Shown in pieces: positions 39,700 to 49,477 of a stretch of 64,000 bases of DNA (its first letter is position 1; every line of letters begins with the position of its first letter). The DNA comes from an uncultured delta proteobacterium (GTDB lineage: Bacteria > Desulfobacterota > Binatia > UBA9968): contig CAVYTU010000014.1 in assembly GCA_963771465.1 (NCBI GenBank), positions 544,001 to 608,000 of the forward strand, read 5' to 3'. Position numbers and translations under genes: made by a program. The notes beneath the pieces are model-generated. The model did no database searches and was not told where the DNA came from. It worked only from the letters and a program-made list of their open reading frames with translations.

Positions 39700-40449
39700 A
39701 TGGATGCCGAGCGTCTGGTAGAATTACTCGAGCAAGTGCGCTCGGGAAAAATCGCGGTTTCAGCCGCGGTGAGCCGCTTGCGCCACATGCCTTTCGAGGA
39801 TCTTGGCTTTGCCAAGATCGACCATCACCGCGCCCTGCGCCAAGGCTTTCCCGAAGTGATCATGGGACAAGGTAAGCAAGTAAAGGATATCGCAGCGATC
39901 GTGCGGGCGATGCGTCGCGGTAAGTCAAATATTTTGCTTACCCGGCTCGACGCCGATAAAATCGCTAGGCTTAAGCGGCTTCGCACCGGGCTTACGTTTC
40001 ATCCGACGGCGCGCGCCGCGACCTGGGTGGGCAGGCCCATTCGAATCACGGGAAAAGGCGTCGTTTTAGTTGTCTGTGCCGGTACTTCCGACATTCCCGT
40101 CGCCGAAGAAGCGGCGCTGACGGCGACGATAATGGGCAATCGAGTTGAAAAAATTTTCGACGTTGGCGTGGCCGGCATACATCGCTTGTTGGAAAGTCGT
40201 CCGCGCTTGGACGCCGCGGCGGTGTTGATCGTCATCGCCGGTATGGAAGGCGCGCTACCGAGCGTGGTGGCCGGGTTGATCGATAAGCCGGTGATAGCCG
40301 TGCCAACCAGCGTAGGCTACGGCGCGAGTTTCCACGGGCTATCGGCCTTGTTAGGCATGCTCAACTCTTGCGCCGCTGGCGTAACGGTCGTCAACATCGA
40401 TAATGGCTTCGGTGCCGGGTTTGCGGCGAGCCTCATAAACCGGGTATAA
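39700..40449 (+). CDS. larB: Nickel-pincer cofactor biosynthesis protein LarB
   Basis: DHHR..RQGFPE, AGTSDIPVAEEA, DVGVAG.HRL, AGMEGALPSVV, NIDNGFGA. Confidence 0.92.
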   Translation: MDAERLVELLEQVRSGKIAVSAAVSRLRHMPFEDLGFAKIDHHRALRQGFPEVIMGQGKQVKDIAAIVRAMRRGKSNILLTRLDADKIARLKRLRTGLTFHPTARAATWVGRPIRITGKGVVLVVCAGTSDIPVAEEAALTATIMGNRVEKIFDVGVAGIHRLLESRPRLDAAAVLIVIAGMEGALPSVVAGLIDKPVIAVPTSVGYGASFHGLSALLGMLNSCAAGVTVVNIDNGFGAGFAASLINRV

Positions 40450-40462
40450 AAGGAGGCATGCA

Positions 40463-40765
40463 GTGCTCTTTCACTGCGGCAGAGAGCTTTTAGAGACGCG
40501 CCACAAGCCGAGGAGCTTCCAGGTTGATGACCATCGACTCCATACCGACCACATAGAATTGGATTTTCTAGTTAACCCAAAACCAGACGCTCTGCCGCTG
40601 CGTTACTTAAGGCTGATCCACCCTGTCCATATTCTCACTTGCGTTGATTGCTATGCACGCGCGGAAATCCGCCAACGATTGGATGACGACATTAACGGCC
40701 GGCGCGCGCTAGTGGATGCGCGCGTCCATGGAGAAAATCTAGCTCAGATCAGTCCCAAGGGCTAA
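40463..40765 (+). CDS. Hypothetical Cys/His-containing protein
   Basis: AGGAGG RBS then GTG; HCG...CVDC; fills the gap in the operon. Confidence 0.6.
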   Translation: MLFHCGRELLETRHKPRSFQVDDHRLHTDHIELDFLVNPKPDALPLRYLRLIHPVHILTCVDCYARAEIRQRLDDDINGRRALVDARVHGENLAQISPKG

Positions 40766-40771
40766 ACGATC

Positions 40772-41197
40772 ATGGAGACCCAGAAAAATTACCGGATCAC
40801 CACACATCAAAACGAATTGGCCGTGCGTATCGTCGGCAACTCGCAAGCGGACCTTTTCGCCAATTCCGGCTTCGCATTGTTCGATGTTATGTCGGATATT
40901 GATAAAATCGAAGCCGCCGAGCGGCTTTCGCTGGAGGTCGAGGGCAGCGACCGCGATGACGTGATGGTCAATTGGATTCGCGAGCTGCTTTATCTCTATC
41001 AGGGCGGCGGCTATCTGCTCAAGGAATTCAAAATTAACGAGGTCAATGATACTTCGGTGAAGGCGGAAGTGGCCGGCGAGAAAATCGATCCCGATCGCCA
41101 CGAGATCAAACAAGAAATCGCCGCCGTGGCTTTTCATAAAAGCCGCATGCAAAAAACTGGCAACCGCTGGATCGCCCAGGTGATCTTCGAAATATAG
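40772..41197 (+). CDS. Archease-family protein (degenerate motifs)
   Basis: 141 aa; LF.N...ALFD.M, W..ELLY, GEKIDPDRH, EIAAVAFH, VIFEI. Confidence 0.8.
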   Translation: METQKNYRITTHQNELAVRIVGNSQADLFANSGFALFDVMSDIDKIEAAERLSLEVEGSDRDDVMVNWIRELLYLYQGGGYLLKEFKINEVNDTSVKAEVAGEKIDPDRHEIKQEIAAVAFHKSRMQKTGNRWIAQVIFEI

Positions 41198-41266
41198 GTG
41201 AAGTCAAAACCCAGTCACGGTTCCGACTGTGAAATTTGTAGTTTGAAATTCTGAGCCAATCGAAGA

Positions 41267-42668
41267 ATGACGCAGTCAATCGACAACGAGTATGGCGGTA
41301 CGGCGCTGATCGCCGATCCGATCCATAAATACATCCAGTTCACCGTGCCGGAGAAAAAAGGCGAGGTGACGGAAAAAGCGCTGATCGACTCGCCCTGGGT
41401 GCAGCGCCTGCGTTACATCTATCAGCTGCAGAGCGCGCGCTGGGTTTACCCGTCAGCGGAACATAGCCGTTTTCAGCACTCGCTCGGTGCCATGCACATG
41501 GCCGGCGAGTTCGGCAAGCATCTCTATCCCTCGCTGCGCAAAGTGCTGGGCGACGAGTGTCCATCGGCGCCGTTCATCGAGCAGTACATGCGCGTGGTGG
41601 GCCTCCTGCACGACATCGGCCACGGCCCCTTCGGCCATTTTTTTGACGACAATTTTCTCCATCATTATGAATTGACCCACGAGGATATCGGCCAGACGAT
41701 TATCCAAAAACATTTGGGCGACATTATTCGGCAACTGCGACGTAGTCCGAGCGGCCCGTTTGCGCCGGGCGAGGAGTTGCGCCCTGAAGACGTCGCCTTC
41801 CCGATCAAGAAAAACGGCAAAGAAGACAACCGCAAACCCAAGTGGGTGCGCTTTCTCCAGCCGCTCACCGGCGGTATTTTTACTTTTGATAATCTCGACT
41901 ATGTGTCGCGCGACTCCTACATGTGCGGCGTTCATCCCGGTCCCATCGACCGCGAGCGATTGATGCACTACACGTTTTTTACGCCCAAAGGCTTAACCGT
42001 GCACAAGGCGGGAAACAACGCGTTGACGACCTTTCTCAACGCCCGGCTCTATCTTTATACCAACGTTTACTACCACCGCACCACGCGCGCCATCGACTTA
42101 CACCTGCGCGACATATTTCCCGAGACCATGAAAGTTCTGTTTCCCGGCAATCCGCTCGAACATATGGAGGACTATCTTTACCTCACCGACTGGTCGCTGC
42201 TCGAAGAAGTTTCGCGCTGGCGGCGCGGCAAAGGCGAGCGTGAAGCGCTGGGTAAAGAATGGGAATCCGTGCTGCACCGCGAGGTCAAGTGGAAAATGGC
42301 CTACGACCGCACGCTGTCCTTGAACGAGCTGCAATACGGCGTCGACCTGATCCAGGACACCGATTGGGAGAAGCGCATTCGTTCGCGATTGCCCGCTGCA
42401 ATTGCGCGATCTCGTTTTCCGCGTCGATATGGCCACTCAAGATCCGCGCCCGGAAAATCCCTTCGCGATGGGCAAGAAGCAGATTCACATATTCGACCCA
42501 TCGAGCGGCGAGATCGCCAAGGAATCTTTGGCCGAGCTGTTCGAATTCATCCCGTCAAAGATCGTCCAATTTCGCGTCTTCGCTCTCGATCACGAGCAGG
42601 ATCAGCTTCTTTCCGAAGTTGCGGAAAGCGCATTAAAAGGGCGATCGGCGATCAAAACCAGTGTCTAG
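41267..42668 (+). CDS. HD-domain dNTP triphosphohydrolase-like protein; +1 frameshift near 42392
   Basis: QRLRYIYQL, HSRFQHSLG, LHDIGHGPFGH, DNLDY.SRD; C-terminus continues in the 42402..42668 frame, overlapping the next start. Confidence 0.85.
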
Positions 42669-43860
42669 CCGCAGTCCAATTAAAATTCCCATCGTCGACC
42701 TGCGCGCGCAGTACGCCAGAATTCGCGCCGAGGTGCGCAGTGCCATCGATGAAGTGGCGGAGAGTCAGCAGTTCATCCTCGGTCCAGCCGTCGCCCAGTT
42801 CGAAGCGCAGATGGCGAATTATCTAAATTGCCATCAAACCATTGGAGTTGCGTCTGGCAGCGATGCCTTGTTGCTCGCGCTGATGGCACTCGACATCGGC
42901 CCCGGCGATGCTGTCATCACCACGCCGTTCACTTTTTTTTCGACGGTTTCAGCGATCACGCGCTTGGGCGCTACGCCGTTGTTCGTCGACATCGAGAGCG
43001 ACGGCTATCTGCTTTCCGCCCAAGGCGTCGAGCAGTTCCTCAGCCAACGTGGAAAAATTAACCAAGGCGTGACCACAGAGGTAAAATCCGGATTGCGCAT
43101 CAAGGCGCTTTTGCCGGTGCATCTCTTCGGCCAGTGTTGCGCCATGAATGAATTGGCGGCGCTGGCGCGGAAATTTCAACTGCGCATTGTCGAAGACGTC
43201 GCCCAAGCGTGCGGCGCGCGCGTGACGATCGCCGGCGCAGAGAAATTCGCCGGCGCCATCGGCGATCTCGGCTGTTTCTCGTTTTTCCCGAGCAAGAATT
43301 TAGGCGGCTTCGGCGACGGCGGTTTGGTTTCGGCGAATTCCTCTGAGCCGGCGGCGCGTCTGCGCATGCTGCGCATGCACGGTGAAAGCGCTAAGTATCA
43401 CCACGCGGTGACCGGTATCAATTCCCGCCTCGACGCGCTCCAGGCCGCTGTGCTGACGGTCAAGCAGAAATATCTAGAGGCTTGGTGCGAAGAGCGAATT
43501 GAGCGGGCCGGAACTTATCAGCGGCTTTTCAGCGCAAGCGGTATGGTCGGAAACGGCATCCTAGCGATTCCGCCACCGAGCGTTGGCAAGTCCCACGTTT
43601 ATAACAATTACGTCGTTGGCGCCGAGCGCCGTGACGCCTTGAAACAGTTTCTCGCCGAGAGCGGCATTCAGAGCGAGATCTACTACCCGCTGCCGCTCCA
43701 TTTACAAAAGTGCTTTGCCGATTTAGCGTACGTGCAAGGTGACTTTTCCAACGCTGAGGCGGCGGCGCAGCAGGTTTTAGCCTTACCGCTTTATCCGGAA
43801 TTGACTTTGGCGCAGCAGGAAGCTGTGGTCGAACGGGTTGGCGCCTTTTACCGGCGCTGA
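42661..43860 (+). CDS. DegT/DnrJ/EryC1/StrS PLP aminotransferase
   Basis: SGSDAL, PVHLFGQ, EDVAQ, SFFPSKNLGGFGDGG, NSRLD. Confidence 0.95.
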   Translation: MSSRSPIKIPIVDLRAQYARIRAEVRSAIDEVAESQQFILGPAVAQFEAQMANYLNCHQTIGVASGSDALLLALMALDIGPGDAVITTPFTFFSTVSAITRLGATPLFVDIESDGYLLSAQGVEQFLSQRGKINQGVTTEVKSGLRIKALLPVHLFGQCCAMNELAALARKFQLRIVEDVAQACGARVTIAGAEKFAGAIGDLGCFSFFPSKNLGGFGDGGLVSANSSEPAARLRMLRMHGESAKYHHAVTGINSRLDALQAAVLTVKQKYLEAWCEERIERAGTYQRLFSASGMVGNGILAIPPPSVGKSHVYNNYVVGAERRDALKQFLAESGIQSEIYYPLPLHLQKCFADLAYVQGDFSNAEAAAQQVLALPLYPELTLAQQEAVVERVGAFYRR

Positions 43861-43925
43861 GGAGCGCGCTTTCTTCTCTGTCGACCCTATGGTAAAAATT
43901 TTCACCCTTTAGGTTTGGAGAGTTT

Positions 43926-45044
43926 ATGGCAAAACCGCAGTTACAACAGCCCGAGGAAATCGCTGAAGGCGCCAAGTCGAGCTACGACCGCTGGGTGGAG
44001 CGCGAAGGCATCCCGGTCGTCAAGAGCTTTTTTGTCGAAGACATTCGCAAGGTCCCCTTGGAACCTTGGGATCGCAAAGGCGGCAACGGCTCGTTCATGC
44101 AAATGGAAGGCGCCGGGCAGGTGAACAATTGCTACATCTGTGAAATTCCGCCGGGCAAAAGTTTAAAACCGCAGCGCCAGCTATTCGAAGAGACGATTTA
44201 CGTCATAAGCGGTCAGGGTGCGACCACGGTGTGGCATAACGAAAACCAAAAACAAACTTTCGAATGGCACGCGGGGTCGCTCTTCTCCCCGCTCAATACT
44301 TGGCATCAATTATACAATGGCAGCGGCAGCGAGCCGGCGCGCTATCTCGCCGTAACCACTGCGCCAACGATGATCAATTTATTGCATAATCTCGATTTTA
44401 TCTTTCACAACGATTTCGTCTTTAACGACCGCTTCGACGCGCGCCAAGGCTACTTCAACGGCGAGGGAAACCTGCTCGCCGGCGACTATAAAGGCTTCAA
44501 GTTCGCCGGTAATGTTTGGGAAACCAATTTCGTTGCCGATGCGCGTAACTTCAAGTTAATGGAATACGACGTGCGCGGTGCCGGCGGGAGTAACATCAAA
44601 TTCGAGCTGTCGGAAAATACCACCGCCTGTCATATCTCGGAATTTCCCGTCGGAACCTACAAGAAAGCTCATCGCCATAATGCCGGGGCGCATGTGATCA
44701 TCCTTGGCGGCGAAGGTTATTCGCTGATCTGGCCTGATGGCGCGCCGATCAGGAAATACGACTGGCATGAAGGCAGCATGGTGGTGCCGCCGGAAAATTG
44801 GTGGCATCAACACTTTAACGCCGGCGACAAACCGGCGCGCTACTTGGCGCTGCGCGCCTTTGGCAGCAAGAAATTCAAAGGTGTAGGTAACAGCAAATAT
44901 CAACCCTCGCTGGACCGCAAAAAAGGCGGCTCGCAAATTGAATACGCCGATGAGGAGCTGCTCGTGCGCCAGTGGTTTCAAGAGGCTTTGGCAGCGCGCG
45001 GCGTCGAAAGCCAAATGGCCAAACATTACCAAAAGAGCGCATGA
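43926..45044 (+). CDS. Bicupin protein (gentisate dioxygenase-like fold)
   Basis: EETIYVISGQG..WHQ and KKAHRHNAGA...WWHQHFN cupin motifs. Confidence 0.8.
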   Translation: MAKPQLQQPEEIAEGAKSSYDRWVEREGIPVVKSFFVEDIRKVPLEPWDRKGGNGSFMQMEGAGQVNNCYICEIPPGKSLKPQRQLFEETIYVISGQGATTVWHNENQKQTFEWHAGSLFSPLNTWHQLYNGSGSEPARYLAVTTAPTMINLLHNLDFIFHNDFVFNDRFDARQGYFNGEGNLLAGDYKGFKFAGNVWETNFVADARNFKLMEYDVRGAGGSNIKFELSENTTACHISEFPVGTYKKAHRHNAGAHVIILGGEGYSLIWPDGAPIRKYDWHEGSMVVPPENWWHQHFNAGDKPARYLALRAFGSKKFKGVGNSKYQPSLDRKKGGSQIEYADEELLVRQWFQEALAARGVESQMAKHYQKSA

Positions 45045-45618
45045 AAGAAGCGATCGTCAAAGCCTTCGAGGAAAGCGTCCGGGTCAAGCAAGCTTTTCTG
45101 CGTGATAATCTAGAAACGCTGATGCTGGCGATCGACGCCATTGTGGCGGCGTTTAAGACACGGCAACAAACTGCTGCTCTTCGGCAACGGCGGCAGCGCC
45201 GCCGACGCGCAGCATATTGCCGCCGAATTCACCAACCGTTTCTTAATCGAACGGCCGCCGCTGCCGGCGCTGGCGTTGACCACCGACACCTCGGCGCTCA
45301 CCGCGATCAGCCAACGATTACGATTACTCGCAAATTTTCGTGAAACAAATTAAAGCTTTGGGCAAGGCGGGCGACATCGCGCTGGCGATTTCCACCAGCG
45401 GTAATTCCGCCAACGTGCTAGAGGCGATTGAAACATGCCGGGAGCTGAAGATCGCAACCATTGGCCTCACGGGGGGAAACGGCGGGAAAATGGTCGGTAA
45501 AGTCGATTACCTGCTGCGCGCCAGCGAGGGCAAGAACAGTCCGCGCATTCAGGAAACGCATATTCTCGTCGGCCATGTGATCTGTGAAATCGTTGACCTA
45601 AAGCTCTTTCCCGCCTGA
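45041..45618 (+). CDS. gmhA: Sedoheptulose-7-phosphate isomerase; two +1 frameshifts (about 45159 and 45312)
   Basis: Reassembled MKEAIV...[18 protein letters not shown]...[14 protein letters not shown]...ISTSGNS...RIQETH. Confidence 0.88.
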
Positions 45619-45670
45619 ACGAAATAAAAATGATGAGTGTATTCAACTTGCCCCCTGAGCCAGTTTGCGC

Positions 45671-46840
45671 ATGCGCTTAGATGTACTCGTGTTCGGCGGC
45701 GGCGCCGCCGGACTATGGTGTCTCGACCGTTTACGCCGGGCCGGTTACCACGCGATTCTCTTGGAATCGAAAGCCCTCGGTAGAGGCCAAACCATCCAGT
45801 CCCAGGGAATTATTCATGGCGGCGGTAAATACGCCTTGCGCGGCGTGCGCGATTTCGACGCCGTGCGGGCGACCAGCTCGATGCCCGAGCGCTGGCGCCA
45901 AAGTCTCGTCGGAGAGATTGCACCTGACCTTGCAGGCACGCAGTTAGTATCCACCAAGTGTCATCTTTGGTTGCCGCGTGGTTCAGTCATCGCTCGGCTT
46001 CAATCTTTAGGTTTCATGAGTTTTGTCGCCAACGCCGGTCTGCTCGCAACTCGTCCGGTAAAGGTTGCCAAAGCGGCGTGGCCCGAGGCGCTCTGCGATT
46101 CCGCGTTGGCGGTCTATGCTCTCGCCGAGCCGGTCATTACCACCGGTTCGTTGCTCAAAGCCTTGGCCGCGCGCCATAGCGGATTCATCTTTCTCTATGA
46201 CGGCGCGGCGATCGAATTCGCCGCGGATGGAGTGAGCGTCGGCGATGTTTTGCTGCAACCGCGTGCCATGGTGCTGGCGGCCGGTGCGGGTAACGGCGAG
46301 CTCTTGAGCAGAGCCGGCATGAACGCTGATCTGATGCAGCGCCGCCCGCTCGGCATGGTCCTGCTGCGCGGCGAACTGCCGCGACTCTTTGGTCACTGCA
46401 TCGTCGGCGGCAAGACCGGCCTGACGATCACCACGCCGGTTCGGGGCACTTGGCAAATCGGCGGCGAAATCGCCGAACAACTCGCAAGTGAAAACGATGC
46501 CGCCGTAGCCCGCGCTTCGGCGCTCGCCGAAATTCGCCGCCGGCTGCCGGGCTTCGATTTAGCGAGTAGCGAAATCGCCATCTATCGCGCCGTGCGAGCC
46601 GAAGCTCGTACAGCTGCAAGCCGCCGGCCAAGCGGAGTTCACGTCAATCGTGTGGCACCGGGCATGGTGGTCGCCTGGCCGACGAAATTATCATTGGTGC
46701 CGGTCTTAGCCGACGAGGTCTTCGAAATTCTTCAGCTCGATCTCAAGGCGCCGGGCGGATATGATGAAACCCCGCCATGGCCGACACCAAGCGTGGCACG
46801 TTATCCCTGGGAGGACGCCGAATGGTTCGCCGTCAACTAG
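45671..46840 (+). CDS. FAD-dependent oxidoreductase
   Basis: GGGAAGLW, GQTIQSQGIIHGGGKYAL, QRRPL, RAE, WPTKL. Confidence 0.85.
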   Translation: MRLDVLVFGGGAAGLWCLDRLRRAGYHAILLESKALGRGQTIQSQGIIHGGGKYALRGVRDFDAVRATSSMPERWRQSLVGEIAPDLAGTQLVSTKCHLWLPRGSVIARLQSLGFMSFVANAGLLATRPVKVAKAAWPEALCDSALAVYALAEPVITTGSLLKALAARHSGFIFLYDGAAIEFAADGVSVGDVLLQPRAMVLAAGAGNGELLSRAGMNADLMQRRPLGMVLLRGELPRLFGHCIVGGKTGLTITTPVRGTWQIGGEIAEQLASENDAAVARASALAEIRRRLPGFDLASSEIAIYRAVRAEARTAASRRPSGVHVNRVAPGMVVAWPTKLSLVPVLADEVFEILQLDLKAPGGYDETPPWPTPSVARYPWEDAEWFAVN

Positions 46841-47592
46841 GGCGCACCGGTTTTGCCGTTGCCCCAATCGCCCTCGGCACGACCAAATTCGGCCGGAACA
46901 CGGATGTTAGATATCCCGCAAGTTTCGCCTTACCGTCGGCGCAAGAGATCGCCGAATTATTCGAATCCGCTCTAAAGTTCGGCGTCCATCTTATCGACAC
47001 TGCGCCCGCCTACGGCGAGAGCGAACAGCGGCTTGGCGCGCTGGTTGACATGCATCGCGATGAGATCCTGCTGTGCAGCAAGTGCGGCGAGAGCTACGCG
47101 AACGGCCGCTCTTTTCATGATTTTTCCGCGGCCGCTATCATCGCCAGCGTCGAGGCTAGCCTCGGCCGATTAAAAACAGACCATATTGATATCCTACTGC
47201 TTCACTCCGACGGGCGCGATGTTGAGATTTTGACTCAAACCGACGCCCTGGAAGGACTTGGTCAGCTCAAGCGAAGCGGCAAGATCGGCGCCATGGGTAT
47301 TTCAGCAAAAACTCCGACCGGCATTCGCGAGGCCGCGCGCAGCTGCGATATCGTCATGGCACCCTTCAGTCAAGTGGAACCCGCGCTAGCCAACGCTCTC
47401 ACAGAGGCGCATGATCAAGGCTTGGGAGTGCTAGCGATCAAAGGGCTTTTCAGCGGCCACCTGGAAGCGCGTCCGGCTATCGAGTTCGTGCTCAACCAAC
47501 CATTTATCGATGCTTTGGTCATCGGCACGCTCAATCCGGCTCACCTCGAATTAGCGGTAGAGATCGCGGAAAACATGCCTAACAGGGGCTGA
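46822..47592 (+). CDS. Aldo/keto reductase
   Basis: GGAGG RBS; LGTTKFGRN, DTAPAYGESE, SKCGE, LLHSDG. Confidence 0.9.
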   Translation: MVRRQLGRTGFAVAPIALGTTKFGRNTDVRYPASFALPSAQEIAELFESALKFGVHLIDTAPAYGESEQRLGALVDMHRDEILLCSKCGESYANGRSFHDFSAAAIIASVEASLGRLKTDHIDILLLHSDGRDVEILTQTDALEGLGQLKRSGKIGAMGISAKTPTGIREAARSCDIVMAPFSQVEPALANALTEAHDQGLGVLAIKGLFSGHLEARPAIEFVLNQPFIDALVIGTLNPAHLELAVEIAENMPNRG

Positions 47593-47765
47593 ATTCGGTT
47601 TGCTTCGCGGCCGTTGTGCGACTCGCAAAATTTTAGCGCGCCGATCGTCGCGGTATCGATAATAAGCCGAAAGCGTTACCGCTCTCTGGTAAAAAGCTGG
47701 GGTGTTATGAGCTTTGCCGTGTTGGGGTATTTTAGCTACAATGCCTATTCGGTGGAAGGACAACC

Positions 47766-48548
47766 ATGCAAATCACCCTCACCACTGACTTCGGCCAGCA
47801 AGATCCCTATGTTGGTCTGATGAAAGGTGTGATCGCCGCGATTAATCCCGAGGCGCAGGTAATCGACTTGAGCCATGGTGTGCCGCCGCAAAACATCATG
47901 GCTGCTGGATTAATCCTGCAGCATTCGATCCGTTATTTTCCCGCCGGCACGATCCATGTTGTGGTCGTAGACCCTGGTGTAGGCAGCAGCCGGCGGCCGA
48001 TTTTGATCGAGTTTGACGAAAGTTACTTTATCGGCCCCGATAACGGCGCGCTGAGCGTCGCGTTCGAGCGCAAACAACCGAGCCAAATCATTCATCTGTC
48101 CAACCCGACATTTCACCTACAGACGATTAGCACGACGTTTCACGGCCGCGATATTTTCGCTCCGGTAGCGGCTCATTTGTCGCTCGGCGTTCCGGTCGAA
48201 GAATTTGGCGAAAAGCTCGAGTCATTCGTCGAGTTGGTGGTACCAAAAATCATCCGGCAAGAGCAGCAGATCAATGGGGAGATTGTCTACGTCGACAGCT
48301 TTGGCAATCTGTTTACAAACATTCGCCAGCGTGATTTGACAGGGTTGGCGAAAGATCAGTTGCGAATTATCCTCGAGTCGACCGAAATTGGCGGTTTGGC
48401 AGCCAATTACGCTTCGGTGGTCGCCGGCGAGTTCGCATGTCTATTCAACAGCTGGGGGTATCTCGAGATCGCCGTAAACAAAGGCAATGCGCACCAGCGT
48501 ACCGGCGCCAAGGTCGGCGATAAAGTCGCGGTTGCGAGTAAAAATTAG
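47766..48548 (+). CDS. SAM hydroxide adenosyltransferase (DUF62/halogenase superfamily)
   Basis: TTDFG, VVDPGVGS.RR, GPDNG, TFHGRDIFAP, DSFGN. Confidence 0.92.
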   Translation: MQITLTTDFGQQDPYVGLMKGVIAAINPEAQVIDLSHGVPPQNIMAAGLILQHSIRYFPAGTIHVVVVDPGVGSSRRPILIEFDESYFIGPDNGALSVAFERKQPSQIIHLSNPTFHLQTISTTFHGRDIFAPVAAHLSLGVPVEEFGEKLESFVELVVPKIIRQEQQINGEIVYVDSFGNLFTNIRQRDLTGLAKDQLRIILESTEIGGLAANYASVVAGEFACLFNSWGYLEIAVNKGNAHQRTGAKVGDKVAVASKN

Positions 48549-48565
48549 CTTACCAAAGGTTGATT

Positions 48566-49027
48566 ATGAGCGAGCGGCTAAGTTGGGATCAATACTTCAT
48601 GACGATCACCTTGCAGGTGGCCGAGCGCTCTACCTGCACTCGTGCAAAAGTCGGCGCGGTAATCGTGCGCGACAAAAACATCCTTGCCACCGGCTATAAC
48701 GGCGCACCGGCGGGCATGCCCCATTGCACTGATGTCGGCTGTTTGGTTTACGAATCGAAAACCCCGAACGGCGAAACCGAGCAGAATTGCTTTCGCACCA
48801 TCCATGCCGAGATGAATGCGATCGCCCAAGCAGCGAAAAATGGCTCTACCATCAAAGACGGCGCTATCTATATAACCCATACGCCGTGTATTCATTGTCT
48901 AAAAGTGCTCGTCAATACCGGAATCAAAGAAATATTCTATTTAAAGCCCTATAAACTCCACACCCTGGAAGAATTGCTACGCTATACACAAGTCCATCTC
49001 TACCCGGTTCAGTTGCCCTGCGAATAA
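48566..49027 (+). CDS. dCMP deaminase family protein (ComEB-like)
   Basis: RSTC.R..VGA, TGYNG, HAEMNA, PCIHC. Confidence 0.92.
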   Translation: MSERLSWDQYFMTITLQVAERSTCTRAKVGAVIVRDKNILATGYNGAPAGMPHCTDVGCLVYESKTPNGETEQNCFRTIHAEMNAIAQAAKNGSTIKDGAIYITHTPCIHCLKVLVNTGIKEIFYLKPYKLHTLEELLRYTQVHLYPVQLPCE

Positions 49028-49060
49028 AAAAAGGGTGAGGAGAATTCTCCCCACCCCTTC
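49026..49060 (-). terminator. Terminator between convergent genes
   Basis: AAAAAAAGGGTGAGGAGAATTCTCCCCACCCCTT. Confidence 0.75.
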
Positions 49061-49081
49061 TCGATTTGAGCGATTCAGTCA

Positions 49082-49408
49082 TTAAATCTTGCCCTGCAAG
49101 AGAATCGCGATAACGAAACCATACAGCGCCAACGCTTCGAGCAACGCCAGTGTTAAAACTAGCGGCAAGAAGAGCTTGTCGGCGGCGTTTGGGTTGCGTC
49201 CAATGCTTTCCATGGCGGCGGCGCCAACCCGGCCCTGGCCCAACGCGGCGCCGAAGGCGGCCAGCGCGACGGCAACACCAGCGGCGATGGCGACCGCAGC
49301 TTTAACTTGCGCATCGCCGCCAGCTACGGCGACCTCGACGGCCATTGCTACACTGGTTGATAGCAAACTCAAAAACAGCATAGCGAATAAAGCGAACAGC
49401 TTTTTCAT
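49082..49408 (-). CDS. atpE: ATP synthase F0 subunit c with signal-like N-terminal extension
   Basis: GAALGQG, GRNP, LLEALALY. Confidence 0.95.
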   Translation of the reverse strand: MKKLFALFAMLFLSLLSTSVAMAVEVAVAGGDAQVKAAVAIAAGVAVALAAFGAALGQGRVGAAAMESIGRNPNAADKLFLPLVLTLALLEALALYGFVIAILLQGKI

Positions 49409-49477
49409 CCTCCCCCCTTTCCAGCGTCTTCGGCCTGCCACTCCTCTATCCTCATCCTCGCCACAGCGGCCCTTCGC

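Noticed and set aside
39700-40449. Orphan larB as a novel system
   Set aside because: larB/C/E are commonly dispersed in genomes; nothing unusual in the sequence.
42392-42826. 519-aa HD ORF with a long C-terminal extension
   Set aside because: The tail is out-of-frame read-through overlapping degT; the true C-terminus is in the 42402..42668 frame.
47766-48548. Fluorinase/chlorinase
   Set aside because: It has the FHGRD motif of SAM hydrolases and no biosynthetic context.
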